Source of the DNA: Saprolegnia diclina VS20
Lineage: Eukaryota
Direction of reading: 5' to 3'
DNA: 64,000 nucleotides
NCBI RefSeq assembly: GCF_000281045.1
Contig: NW_008246088.1
Location: forward strand, 53,496-117,495
Shown: positions 1 to 9,539 of the stretch, piece by piece
Layout of the letters: each line of letters starts with the position of its first letter
Numbering within the stretch: the first letter of the stretch is position 1
Position numbers and translations under genes: made by a program
The notes under the pieces: generated by a model
Seen by the model: the letters and a program-made list of their open reading frames with translations, nothing else
Databases searched by the model: none
What the model was told of the DNA's origin: nothing

Positions 1-66
1 GAACCGGTTTCATTTAACCGGTTTGCCCTTTGGATTGGCCAAAGCTGTCGGAACCAACAAGAACGA

Positions 67-1489
67 ATGCGAGCGATCCAACACCTTCGCCGCGCCATCG
101 CAAAGCACGCTCTCCGCGCAGTGGCACCTGCCGCTGTGGCGCGTGGTCACCATCTTATGCGCCGGTCGATGACTGTCTCTCGGCACGCCCATATTGCTGC
201 GTTCTCTTCGGCGGCCGCGCCAGCGCAGCAATTCAAGATCGAGCGGTCGGCCAGCCTCAAGGAGGTGCAGTTCAAGACGTCGGGCGCGACCAAGGTCGAG
301 GTGCATGTGCGGCCTTCGCTCATGGAGCACATTGAAGTGAGCGTGCATGGCACCGCGTCGCCGGACGCCTTCCGTGTCGAGGAAGCGTCGGCCAGCTTGC
401 TTCAGATCGCCGAGGACGACTTGACGGCGCTCGCTGGCGCGCCCGTGCACGTGGACTTGGCCGTGCCAATGATGCTTGGCCTGCAGCTCTCGCTTGTTTC
501 TGGCGACGTCCACTTCCACGACAAGATTGAAGGCGATGTCCGTGTCTCGACCGGCGCCGGCAACATTGATGTCCACAAGGTCCGTGGCATGAAGCTCCAC
601 TTGTCGACGAACGACGGCACTATCCGCGTGCACAACCTCTTGGAAGGCGACGCAATCTCGCTCTCGGCCAAGCAGATCGAGTGCAAGAAGATCATGGCCA
701 AGTTTGCCGACGTCAAAATCACCAAGTCGCCCGTCGCGCTCGACTCGTCGTTTGGCGCCATGTACGTGGCGCAGGCCGTCGTCAACAGCGTAGCAACCGG
801 TGCGCTACGCATTGGCAACATCCACGGCGCCCTCGATATCAAGAGCCAAGGTATGCTCGACGCTCTGCAGCACGATGGCTAATGAGGGCATGCAATAGAC
901 GCGACGCTCATCCAAGTGGCAAGCGTGAATGGGTCGCTGGCGATCGAAGACGTTGGCGACAACTGCGATATTGACGTGCACTACGACAGCCTCCATCACG
1001 TCACCGACGGCGAGCATGCGAGCAACCTCTCGTGCGGCGGCCAAATCCAGCTCTCGATTGAGCCCAGCATGGAAGCGCAGCTCGAGTTGCACGCGGAAGA
1101 GATCGCGACCGACGGCTGCAAATTTGCCGCGTTTGATCTCGACCAACTCGAAGACGACTATGCGATTGCCACCGGAACGCTCGCGGCGCAGGCGGCGCCA
1201 GCGTCCACGTCGGCGTCGTCCGGCAAGATCAACCTCTCTGGCGCGAAAGACTCGGCGATGACAACATCCTTCTTCTCGTCGTCGTCTGATGCGGACGACA
1301 ACGAAGACGCAGGCGAAAGCCGTGGCCATGAGATCCCGACCATCTTTGCGCACGCATGCAGCGGCAAGGTAGAACCTCGTACTTTTTCAAAGTCAGATTC
1401 CTCACACATGTGACCTTCACTAGATTTCGGTGACGCAACTCAACTGGATGGAGAAGATCCGCCGAAAGCACCAAACGCGGTCGGTTTAA
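67..1489 (+). CDS. FAM185A-like / DUF4097 adhesin-like beta-strand repeat protein, probably mitochondrial (3 exons)
   Basis: Exons 67-850, 899-1368 and 1424-1489 join in frame through GT-AG introns. The N-terminus is Arg/Ala-rich and transit-peptide-like. Repeats such as VRVSTGAGNIDV and LSTNDGTIRV are typical of DUF4097. Confidence 0.6.
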
Positions 1490-2010
1490 GTTCGTGCGCT
1501 CCGTCAGGCAGCTCGACGCCGCTGCTTCCTGGCACCTCGTAACCAAGAGTAATCTAGCTTCAGTTGCACCGGACGCTCTGATGGTTCGAATTGCAGTTTC
1601 GTTGCCTCAAGCGCGCAATGTTGTCGAAGGAGCATCCTGGGTCGTCGTACCCGTGCCAGGCCCACCGAGAGTAAGCTCTGAGAGAGGTCATTCGCCACAC
1701 CTCGTGGAGCTTATAGTAATGGAAAAAGCCGTGCCGGGTCCAGATCAATGACGCTTGCGACTGCGCGTGGCAAGCTTCGAGCTGCCGGTTGATGCCGAGC
1801 GCCACTGCATTTCGCACATGGGCCATTGTAAAATCACACGTTTTATATGCCTCTTGACTATGAAGATGGTGTGAAAAGAGAATGACACAGGTGTAAAACG
1901 TGGTTCCACGGGAAACAGACTTGGTGTTTGTATGCAGATCGGGGTGGAAACGGTCGCGCTGTCTTTCCAGCGCACGAGCGGATGTCGCTCACTTTGCCTT
2001 TGCCTTTGCC

Positions 2011-2886
2011 ATGGACCTGCGCGAGACGACCGCTGGCACAGTCGGCGCCATCTGCAACGTCTACGCAGGCCTGCCCTTCGATGTTGCCAAGATCCGCCTC
2101 CAGACGCAAGGCCCGACGCCACTCTACAATGGGCTTGTCGACGTCGTGACCAAGACGGCCCGAGCCGAAGGCGTGCGTGCGCTCTGGAAGGGCGCAATCC
2201 CGGCCATGTCGAGCGCAATTGCTGAGAACAGTGTGCTTTTCACGGCCCATGGCGCACTCCACCGATGCTTCTTTGGCAACCAAGAAGACATCTCGACGTT
2301 ACACGAGGCGCTCCTTGGCGGCGGCGCGGGCCTCTTTGCGGCTATGGCCATCACACCCACGGAGGTTATCAAGTGCCGGCTTCAAACACACCATGGCCCT
2401 ACGTCACTGGGGGTCGTGCGCTGCATTCAACAAGTATTTCAACAGTACGGCGTCCTTGGCTTCACTGCTGGACTCCCGGCCGTCGTGCTGCGGGACGTGC
2501 CGTTTGCATTTTTCTTCTTTGGCGCGTACCAAGGCTACACAGCCCAACTCATGAAGTGGCAACAAGTCGACTCCCGCCACGATCTGCACCCGCTCGCCGT
2601 CATGCTCGCGGGTGGTGCCGCCGGCTCCACGGGCTGGAGCTTTGTGTTTCCGGCCGATGTCATCAAGTCGCACATGCAAATCGGTCACATTTCATTTCGC
2701 GAGGCCGCGACGTCTATCTGGAAGCAGCATGGCCCGAGAGGTTTTTATCGTGGCTGGAACGCTGCGGTCTTGCGCTCGTTTCCCGCAGACGGATCGCTTT
2801 TTCTCGGAGTCGAAATGACGCACCGCTTGTTTGCGCTCCTCGAGCCGCTGCCAGTGACTCCGCCGTCCATTGCACCGGTTCTGTAG
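2011..2886 (+). CDS. Mitochondrial carrier (SLC25), ornithine/basic amino-acid carrier-like
   Basis: Three carrier signatures: PFDVAKIRLQ, PTEVIKCRLQ and PADVIKSHMQ. Intronless, ATG at 2011. Confidence 0.9.
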   Translation: MDLRETTAGTVGAICNVYAGLPFDVAKIRLQTQGPTPLYNGLVDVVTKTARAEGVRALWKGAIPAMSSAIAENSVLFTAHGALHRCFFGNQEDISTLHEALLGGGAGLFAAMAITPTEVIKCRLQTHHGPTSLGVVRCIQQVFQQYGVLGFTAGLPAVVLRDVPFAFFFFGAYQGYTAQLMKWQQVDSRHDLHPLAVMLAGGAAGSTGWSFVFPADVIKSHMQIGHISFREAATSIWKQHGPRGFYRGWNAAVLRSFPADGSLFLGVEMTHRLFALLEPLPVTPPSIAPVL

Positions 2887-3192
2887 ATGAATAGCTGCGC
2901 GAATATAGCTTGCATCGTCCTCATGCTGCTCTGCCTGCGTAGGTTTCGTTAGCTCGCGACCACGGCAAGGCAGTTCGAAGAACGACAAGCCACGCAGCGT
3001 AGCCGAGAATTTGCACCGAGTTGAAGCTTAGACGGTCCACTGCATGCTAGAGTACAACTGTCATAACGATTCAACGATGAAATGTGGTGGTGACCAGCAG
3101 CGGTATATTAGAGCGACAAGCACGTGTTGACTAGGCACCATGTTGACTGCTATTGTACTCGTCACGGCCCCAAGACGAGCAAGTGGGGGTGT

Positions 3193-3440
3193 CTAGAACC
3201 ACCGGCACGGCGAGAAGAGGCCGCACCCGCCACCGAGACCCCAGCCAAAACCAATGCCATCACCACAGAACGACCCAAAACACTCCTTCTGTCCGCTTTC
3301 GCGGAGCTGTTGAGGTTGCTTGTGGCTCGCTTCGGTGTCCACTTCGCTACGTCGCCTATCGCTGGCGAATGGATGGCAACCATGGCGGCGGCACTGCTGC
3401 TGGCAATGAGTGCGGCAAAGATGGCAAGGGAGTTGACCAT
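3193..3440 (-). pseudogene. Frameshifted paralog of the secreted Gly/Cys-rich peptide gene at 30276-30527
   Basis: The reverse complement aligns codon by codon with 30276-30527. One A is missing (GCG AA- GTG versus GCG AAA GTG). Restoring it gives ...KQPQQLRESGQKECFGSFCGDGIGFGWGLGGGCGLFSPCRWF* ending at 3193. Confidence 0.75.
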
Positions 3441-3741
3441 GGTGTTGATAGCGAAAAATAAGAACAGAGTGCAGTCGACATACGATATACGGGTGGAAGG
3501 TGCTTGGTCACGACAAAGCGTGACGCAATAGCGTCTGCAATGACAGCAACCTCTCAGGTTCAGCGTGGAATTGCGATGTGTGGACGCCAAGCCGTGGCAC
3601 CAGCGAACACGATAGACGATCGCAACTGGTGCTGTGCACTATTGACCGCGATGGAATCGAAAGTGAGCCTTCTCATCGGCTCCGTACAAACAACGAGAAA
3701 CGCAAAACTGGGGCATGTTGTACGATGCAATGACAAAGAAA

Positions 3742-4137
3742 TCACTGGAGCAACTCAAAGATGCGGTCGGCCGGGCGGGCGACGACCGCCTTGTCATCGA
3801 CAATGAAAATCGGACGCTCGATCAAAATCGGGTGCGCAATCATCGCATCCAAGAGGCGAAGGCGGTCGGCGACCGGGTCGAGCTTGTCAAGACCCAAGTC
3901 GGTGAACTCGGATTCGATCTTGCGCATCATGACAAGCGGGCTCGGGTTCTTCTCGCCCGGCACAATCTTGGCCAGGATGTCCTCGAGCATCTCGCGCGTC
4001 CACGAGACGTGGAGATACTCGAACACTTGGTAGTCGAGCTTGGCCTCGTCCGGACGCCCTTCGTTGTACTTGAGCAGCATCGCCTTGGCCGTGCAGCACT
4101 TGTTGCAGAGCGGGTTTTGGTACAGGGTCGCCGGCAT
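3742..4137 (-). CDS. arsC: Arsenate reductase, glutaredoxin-dependent ArsC (R773-type) family
   Basis: 131 aa, intronless. It has YQNPLCNKCC (catalytic Cys loop), MMRK, HPILIERPIF and AVVARP, matching the conserved Cys12/Arg60/Arg94/Arg107 positions of ArsC. It lies divergent from ACR3. Confidence 0.8.
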   Translation of the reverse strand: MPATLYQNPLCNKCCTAKAMLLKYNEGRPDEAKLDYQVFEYLHVSWTREMLEDILAKIVPGEKNPSPLVMMRKIESEFTDLGLDKLDPVADRLRLLDAMIAHPILIERPIFIVDDKAVVARPADRIFELLQ

Positions 4138-4150
4138 TGTGTTACTGCGC

Positions 4151-4166
4151 GGAAAATGGGAAATGA
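4151..4166 (-). promoter_or_regulatory. Oomycete Inr/FPR core promoter upstream of arsC
   Basis: Minus-strand TCATTTCCCATTTTCC fits the oomycete TCATTYBNNNWTTY consensus and ends 13 nt before the ATG. Confidence 0.55.
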
Positions 4167-4929
4167 AATTAATGAGCCACCGTGCTCGGCCAACATGTAT
4201 GACTCACGACGTTTGTTGAAGGTCGCATGATGGGGCGACGAACATGTGTGTCCGCTTCAAGGGCATCCGTGCGTGGAGTTGTCGCCTTCAACAATTTATT
4301 CCACCACATACAAGTTCTAAATCAAACCTTTCAACTATCGAATAAAAATTCAGATTCCCGTCGCCGGAAAGATCGTCTTGTGCACAGTATACACATACAA
4401 AACACTCTATTATCTAGCGTTCCCGTCCCATCATTACGGTACCACATGGCACCGTGCCACTGTGTTGGCGGATTCGCAGGCTCAAAAAGGCGACGTCACT
4501 GATGGCTCTCGAGCCCCGACACAGCGCTACCAGTTCTTCTAGTCGGCTGCACTGCGCTCCTGGTCATGAAGGTCCGAAGGAAAGCACAAGATTCGGTCGA
4601 AACCTTCGTCCAGCGTGCGTGAAGAGTGACGTGGTCAGCTGGCGAAGGATCTGCTGACTTGTTCAATGTAAACGCATACCAAAAGCGAGTCAAACTTCCG
4701 ACGACGGCCGGTCGAATTTTTATTCCGATTGTCGAAAGGTTCGACGTTTTTTAATCATAGAGACAAATGTACATACAAACAACAAATTCGACCATCACAA
4801 ATACAAAATAGTTCGATTAAGACGACGCCGAACCTTCGTCAACGGTTGGCTCGGCTGCCAGAAAATGGGCGCCAATCTCGCGCCAACTTTGCGAAGAAGC
4901 GTCATTTCCAAACTTGGCGCTTCATCGCA

Positions 4930-6093
4930 ATGAGCATTTCAGCACAACCGCTGACGCCCACGAAACAAAGCGATGTGCAGATGTCGTACAACCTCGCGAC
5001 CGACGCGTCGGGCAGCGAGCCGAGCGTCGATGTCTCCAAGATGAGTCTCTTTGAGCGGTACCTCACGCTCTGGGTCTTCCTCGCGATGGTCGTCGGTGTC
5101 CTCATCGGCTACTACGTGCCGTCCATTCCGGAAGGTCTCGACAAGGCCACGATCAGCGATGTCTCGGTGCCGATCGCCGTCCTCCTCTGGGGCATCATCC
5201 TCCCGATGATGATCAAGATCGAGTTTGCCAGCATCGTCGACTGCCTCAAGCAGCCCAAGGCGATCCTGCTCACATGCACTGTCAACTACGTCATCCAGCC
5301 GTTCACTATGTACGGCATTGCGGTCCTCTTCTTCCGGACGTTCTTTGGCGGCTACCTCGGCGAAGAAAAGGCGGACGGCTACGTCGTGGGTTCGATCCTC
5401 CTCGGTGGTGCACCGTGCACCGCCATGGTCTTTGTGTGGTCGATTTTGATGAAGGGCAACGCGGCGTACACGCTAACGCAAGTTGCAGTCAACAATATCA
5501 TCCTCATGGTGGTGTACGTCCCGACGGCCAAGCTGCTTGCCGGCGGCACGTCCCTCGAGATGCCGTGGTCGACGCTCTTCGTGTCCGTCGGTATCTTTGT
5601 CGTCATTCCGCTGCTTGCTGGCTACGGCATCCGGAAGGGACTAGGGCACTCGGAAGCGGGTCTCGACTGGCTCAACTCGAAGCTCCTCCCTGTCTTGGAC
5701 TCGTTCTCGATGGTGTTTTTGGTGCTCATGATCGTACTCATTTTCATCTCGCAAGCTGCCACCATCACGGACAACGTCGTCGACATCCTCGTGATTGCGA
5801 TGCCGCTGATCCTCCAGACGTTCCTCATCTGGGGCATTACGTACACCGGTGCGCTCTACCTCGGCCTGTCGTACGATGTTGCGGGCCCCGCGACCTTGAT
5901 CGCATGCTCCAACTTTTTCGAAATGGCCGTCGCCGTCGCCGTGTCGCTCTACGGGTCCGGATCCCCCGCTGCGCTGGCGACTGTGGTCGGCGTGCTCATC
6001 GAAGTCCCCCTCATGCTCATCCTCGTCGCGATCAACAACAAGACGCAACACAAATTTGCCTCGGCGTCCGCGCCGCTTCTGCCCGAACCCTAG
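4930..6093 (+). CDS. ACR3: ACR3-family arsenite efflux transporter
   Basis: Motifs MSLFERYLTLWVFLAM, PMMIKI, APCTAMVFVWS, SNFFEMAVAVA and ATVVGVLIEVPLML, with about 10 TM segments. Intronless. Likely ATG at 4930. Confidence 0.95.
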   Translation: MSISAQPLTPTKQSDVQMSYNLATDASGSEPSVDVSKMSLFERYLTLWVFLAMVVGVLIGYYVPSIPEGLDKATISDVSVPIAVLLWGIILPMMIKIEFASIVDCLKQPKAILLTCTVNYVIQPFTMYGIAVLFFRTFFGGYLGEEKADGYVVGSILLGGAPCTAMVFVWSILMKGNAAYTLTQVAVNNIILMVVYVPTAKLLAGGTSLEMPWSTLFVSVGIFVVIPLLAGYGIRKGLGHSEAGLDWLNSKLLPVLDSFSMVFLVLMIVLIFISQAATITDNVVDILVIAMPLILQTFLIWGITYTGALYLGLSYDVAGPATLIACSNFFEMAVAVAVSLYGSGSPAALATVVGVLIEVPLMLILVAINNKTQHKFASASAPLLPEP

Positions 6094-6446
6094 CCATTGT
6101 CCACTCCATAATATAAGCACACGTTTGCGCTACTAGTATCTATTCTCTCTATCGTTGGCACTGCGGCGAGGCTGCCACCGGCAGCTCAATACGAGATTGG
6201 TTCGCTTTCGCCTTTTCTCAGCACAATCCCATGCGGTTTGCGCCATTGTTCTATATACGGCAACCCACTCCGATGGTGCCAGTGGTTGCTCACAACACTT
6301 CCTCCGCTTGTCCCAAGAGTTTCGCTGCAGCTCTATGCACGAAATGGCAGGTGTTGATACAGTGAAGCGAGCTACTGCACGCAAAGCACCTCTACCGCGA
6401 AGCTTCGCTCTGCTCCGCATCACTTTGACATTTGCCAACACCTTTC

Positions 6447-7064
6447 ATGAAGGCGACTCTCCTGTGCCTCGCCAGCCTTGTCGTCGCTAGCTTCTCCACT
6501 GAGCACCCAGGGTGCGGTGCGGATACCCCCTCAGTCACTCCTTCTCCTACATCCACAACTGCCACGCCCAAGCCAACGACGGTCACGCCCGAGCCAACGA
6601 CCGTCACGCCCGAGCCGACGGTCGATTGTCCCTTTACGGATGGGTCCAGTGTGTCCCTTACTAGCGACAGCGTCAACTACATCGGTAGTGAGTATTTTTG
6701 GGACCCCACCTTGATCACCGCGGACCTCAATCCGTACCAAGCGAGATGGTACGTGCACAAGGTCGGTCCGAAGATGGCCCTCGGGTACGCGGCCGATTTC
6801 CTTGGTCAATGCAGCGGTGCCACATGCCCGGCGGGGCACACGGATGCCATCACGCAGCGGGCCACAATAACTTCCGACGCTGCCGTCTTGTGGTCGTGCA
6901 TCAAGGCGAGTAACGACCGGTGGGTGCTCCAAGGCAACGACGGCCGTGTCATGACGGCGTGCACCACCTGTACTTCCAGCACGGGGGCCATTGCAGCGGG
7001 GGCAGTGATCTCCGCGGCGTCCACGAGCGCCATCAATCAACAGTGGATTATCGTGGCTGCTTGA
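6447..7064 (+). CDS. Secreted protein with a Pro/Thr repeat linker and a Cys/Trp-containing, possibly beta-trefoil, C-terminal domain
   Basis: Signal peptide MKATLLCLASLVVAS. Repeats TPKPTTV/TPEPTTV/TPEPTV. C-terminal QxW-like motifs (QARW, NQQW). Confidence 0.65.
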   Translation: MKATLLCLASLVVASFSTEHPGCGADTPSVTPSPTSTTATPKPTTVTPEPTTVTPEPTVDCPFTDGSSVSLTSDSVNYIGSEYFWDPTLITADLNPYQARWYVHKVGPKMALGYAADFLGQCSGATCPAGHTDAITQRATITSDAAVLWSCIKASNDRWVLQGNDGRVMTACTTCTSSTGAIAAGAVISAASTSAINQQWIIVAA

Positions 7065-7492
7065 GACTTCGAATAATCATGTAGTTAAATACCACACCGG
7101 ACCTTCAATGGACTTCAATGCAGAACCGTGACCAAGTGTGAGGACCGAGCGTTGACCTGACGGGTCGTTGGCAGGCCTGGGTCGTTGGTCCCGTACGAAA
7201 CACCACTGCCCTGTATGGATAATGCGCTCAGATGCGCAAGAACGTTGTGCATCAGCCAAGTTATATGTGCATGTACTTCTAATACATGTATTCCCTCGTG
7301 CTCTACGGACTGAGTTAATGGCGGATGTGCGAATGACTTTTCACTGATGCTCGGTTCTTGGACGCTGCAGTCACATCGCGGCCAATACAAAAGTTCCTAC
7401 CAGCTCACCCCACAAACGGCCTTCAGGATACGCGTGCTATCCTCTTTCGAGTCGAATGAATGGTAAATCGAGCAACATCTCTCGCATCAGGA

Positions 7493-8362
7493 TTACACGA
7501 CTTCCGAGCGGGCGGCGTGGGCACTGATGGCCTGAATAGTCTTTTTGATGTGCTTCGCGTTGGACAATAGGTGGTTTGCGCCCTTGACCTCCAGCCACTG
7601 CTTGGGCTCACTGGCTGTTGCAAAGAGAGCGACGCCGTGCTCCAGCGGAACATTCTTGTCGCTGGTGCCGTGGACAACGAGAAGCGGCACCGTGCCGCGT
7701 GTGACGTGCCCGGCGATGTCCAGCTGCTCCATGTCGTCGACGTAGCTTCTCGCAAGGGGTCGCCAGACCTTGCCAGTCGCATCAAACGACGCATCCGCAC
7801 GGCAGTCGTTGGCCAGCGGCCATTGCGCCGGCCAGTAGAACGCCGTCTCGCACTGCCCATCGACGCGCATGGCTGTTAATTGGTCGTGCGAAAAGTCAAG
7901 CTTCGAGCCGGCAGAGGCGTCTACGATACCTGCCACCACCGAGATGGACCGTAGCTGCGGATGATCCAAGTCGCGGAGACAAGCCGCGAGAATGGCACCG
8001 GTCGAGAGCCCAATGACATGCACGTGGGCCTTCTGAAGTTTGGTCGCGCAGTAGGCTACAATACCGCGCGCATCTTCGAGCTCGCGACTGAGCGTCTTGC
8101 TGCGATAGCTCGCATCGCCGTCGGAGCCCGGAAGGCCCGAGAAGTTGACGCAAAGAAGATCCATTGCGAGCGCTTCCTCGAGCTTGCGCGGGAAGCGGCT
8201 AGCGTACGCGGGCGGAGCGTCCTCATTCGGGTGCACCGAGAGGTCTGGGAAACCATGGAAGTAGACGGCAATGCTCTTGGTCGACTTCTCCGCCGTCGAG
8301 AGCAGACCCAGCAGCGTGCGCGCTTGCCCGATCGGGACGCGAACATGTGCCAACGTGCGCAT
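7493..8362 (-). CDS. Alpha/beta hydrolase (S33/esterase-like)
   Basis: YFHGF oxyanion motif, GLSTG nucleophile elbow, HGTSDKNVP (Asp) and GANHLLS (His). Intronless. Confidence 0.85.
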   Translation of the reverse strand: MRTLAHVRVPIGQARTLLGLLSTAEKSTKSIAVYFHGFPDLSVHPNEDAPPAYASRFPRKLEEALAMDLLCVNFSGLPGSDGDASYRSKTLSRELEDARGIVAYCATKLQKAHVHVIGLSTGAILAACLRDLDHPQLRSISVVAGIVDASAGSKLDFSHDQLTAMRVDGQCETAFYWPAQWPLANDCRADASFDATGKVWRPLARSYVDDMEQLDIAGHVTRGTVPLLVVHGTSDKNVPLEHGVALFATASEPKQWLEVKGANHLLSNAKHIKKTIQAISAHAARSEVV

Positions 8363-8635
8363 CGAAAATGAGAGGTACTTGAAAGTGCAAAATCATTTGA
8401 TATAGGTTCTTAATGTTGCCCTTTTCGATACGAAAGGTCGCTTGCAGCTGGCGAGCGGTTCGGCACTGTTCGATCGCGGCCGCAATGCCTTGTGATACCG
8501 CGCTACGCAGCTCTACGCGATCAGTACATTGCCTCGTAATGTGCCGGGCGCGAAACGCGCCACATGGCCCTTGGCGCCAATTGATGCGTGCCCAGCGAGT
8601 GCCACCGTTTCCGTCAGTTTAGAATTTGCTCGACC

Positions 8636-9481
8636 ATGGTCACGACGCACAACATGCGAGCCCACTGGGACTTTGGCAACCTCGACGCAACCGAAGCCGT
8701 CTTCAAGCAGCTCATAGCAGCATCTGCGTCGCCCATCGAAACAAAACTGTTCGAGACCCAGCTCGCCCGTGTGCACGGTCTCCGTGGCCACTTCGAAGCA
8801 GCCCATGCTCTCCTCGATACAATCGAAACCGAGCTTGTAAAGCTCGTTGACCCAACAAACGACGTGGCTGAGCTTCAGACGCGCTACCTCTTGGAGCGTG
8901 GCCGTGCCATGCGCTCCGCCAAGCAGCCGGAAGCAGCCTGTCCGCTCTTCAAGCAAGCGGTTGCCGTCGCCGAGGCTTCCCACATGGACGAGCTCGCAAT
9001 CGACGCAATTCACATGGTGGCGCTCGTCGTACCTCCGACAGAGGCCATTGCGTGGACAGAGCGTGGTATTGCCTTGGCCCAGCGCTCGGATGACGTCAAC
9101 GCGCAGAACTGGGACGCGTCCCTCGCCAACAACCTCGGGTGGACCTACTTTGATGAACGTGATTATGCAAAGGCGCTCGCGACCTTTGAGACGGCGCTTC
9201 TTGCTCGTGAGCGCATTGGGACCCCCGAGCCAATTCTCATCGCCAAGTGGTCCATCGCGCGCGTGTATCGGGCGCTGGAGCGCTACGACGACGCGCTTCA
9301 ACTCTTGATGTCCCTCTCGCCTCAAGGTGGGTACACGCACGAAGAGCTCGGTGAAAACCTCCTCGCGCAGCACAAGCCCGAGATCGCTAAGACTCATTTT
9401 GCCAAGGCGTACGAGGCGCTACGACACGACCCATCCGTCGACGCGCTGCGTGTCGCCCGCCTCCTCGCCCACTCTCAGTAG
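8636..9481 (+). CDS. Tetratricopeptide-repeat protein (bacterial-like)
   Basis: Helical repeats TQLARVHGLRGHF, YLLERGR, SLANNLGWTY and GYTHEELGENL. Intronless. ATG at 8636, with an alternative at 8654. Confidence 0.75.
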   Translation: MVTTHNMRAHWDFGNLDATEAVFKQLIAASASPIETKLFETQLARVHGLRGHFEAAHALLDTIETELVKLVDPTNDVAELQTRYLLERGRAMRSAKQPEAACPLFKQAVAVAEASHMDELAIDAIHMVALVVPPTEAIAWTERGIALAQRSDDVNAQNWDASLANNLGWTYFDERDYAKALATFETALLARERIGTPEPILIAKWSIARVYRALERYDDALQLLMSLSPQGGYTHEELGENLLAQHKPEIAKTHFAKAYEALRHDPSVDALRVARLLAHSQ

Positions 9482-9539
9482 TTGACCGCCATACACACAA
9501 GTTGTTGAGCTCCGCGCCATGTCATTTCGGTAAAGTCAA

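Noticed and set aside
3742..9481. Bacterial contaminant contig as the explanation for the bacterial-like genes
   Set aside because: The block is contiguous with intron-containing genes, has a similar codon style, carries an oomycete Inr/FPR before arsC and lacks operon-like organisation.
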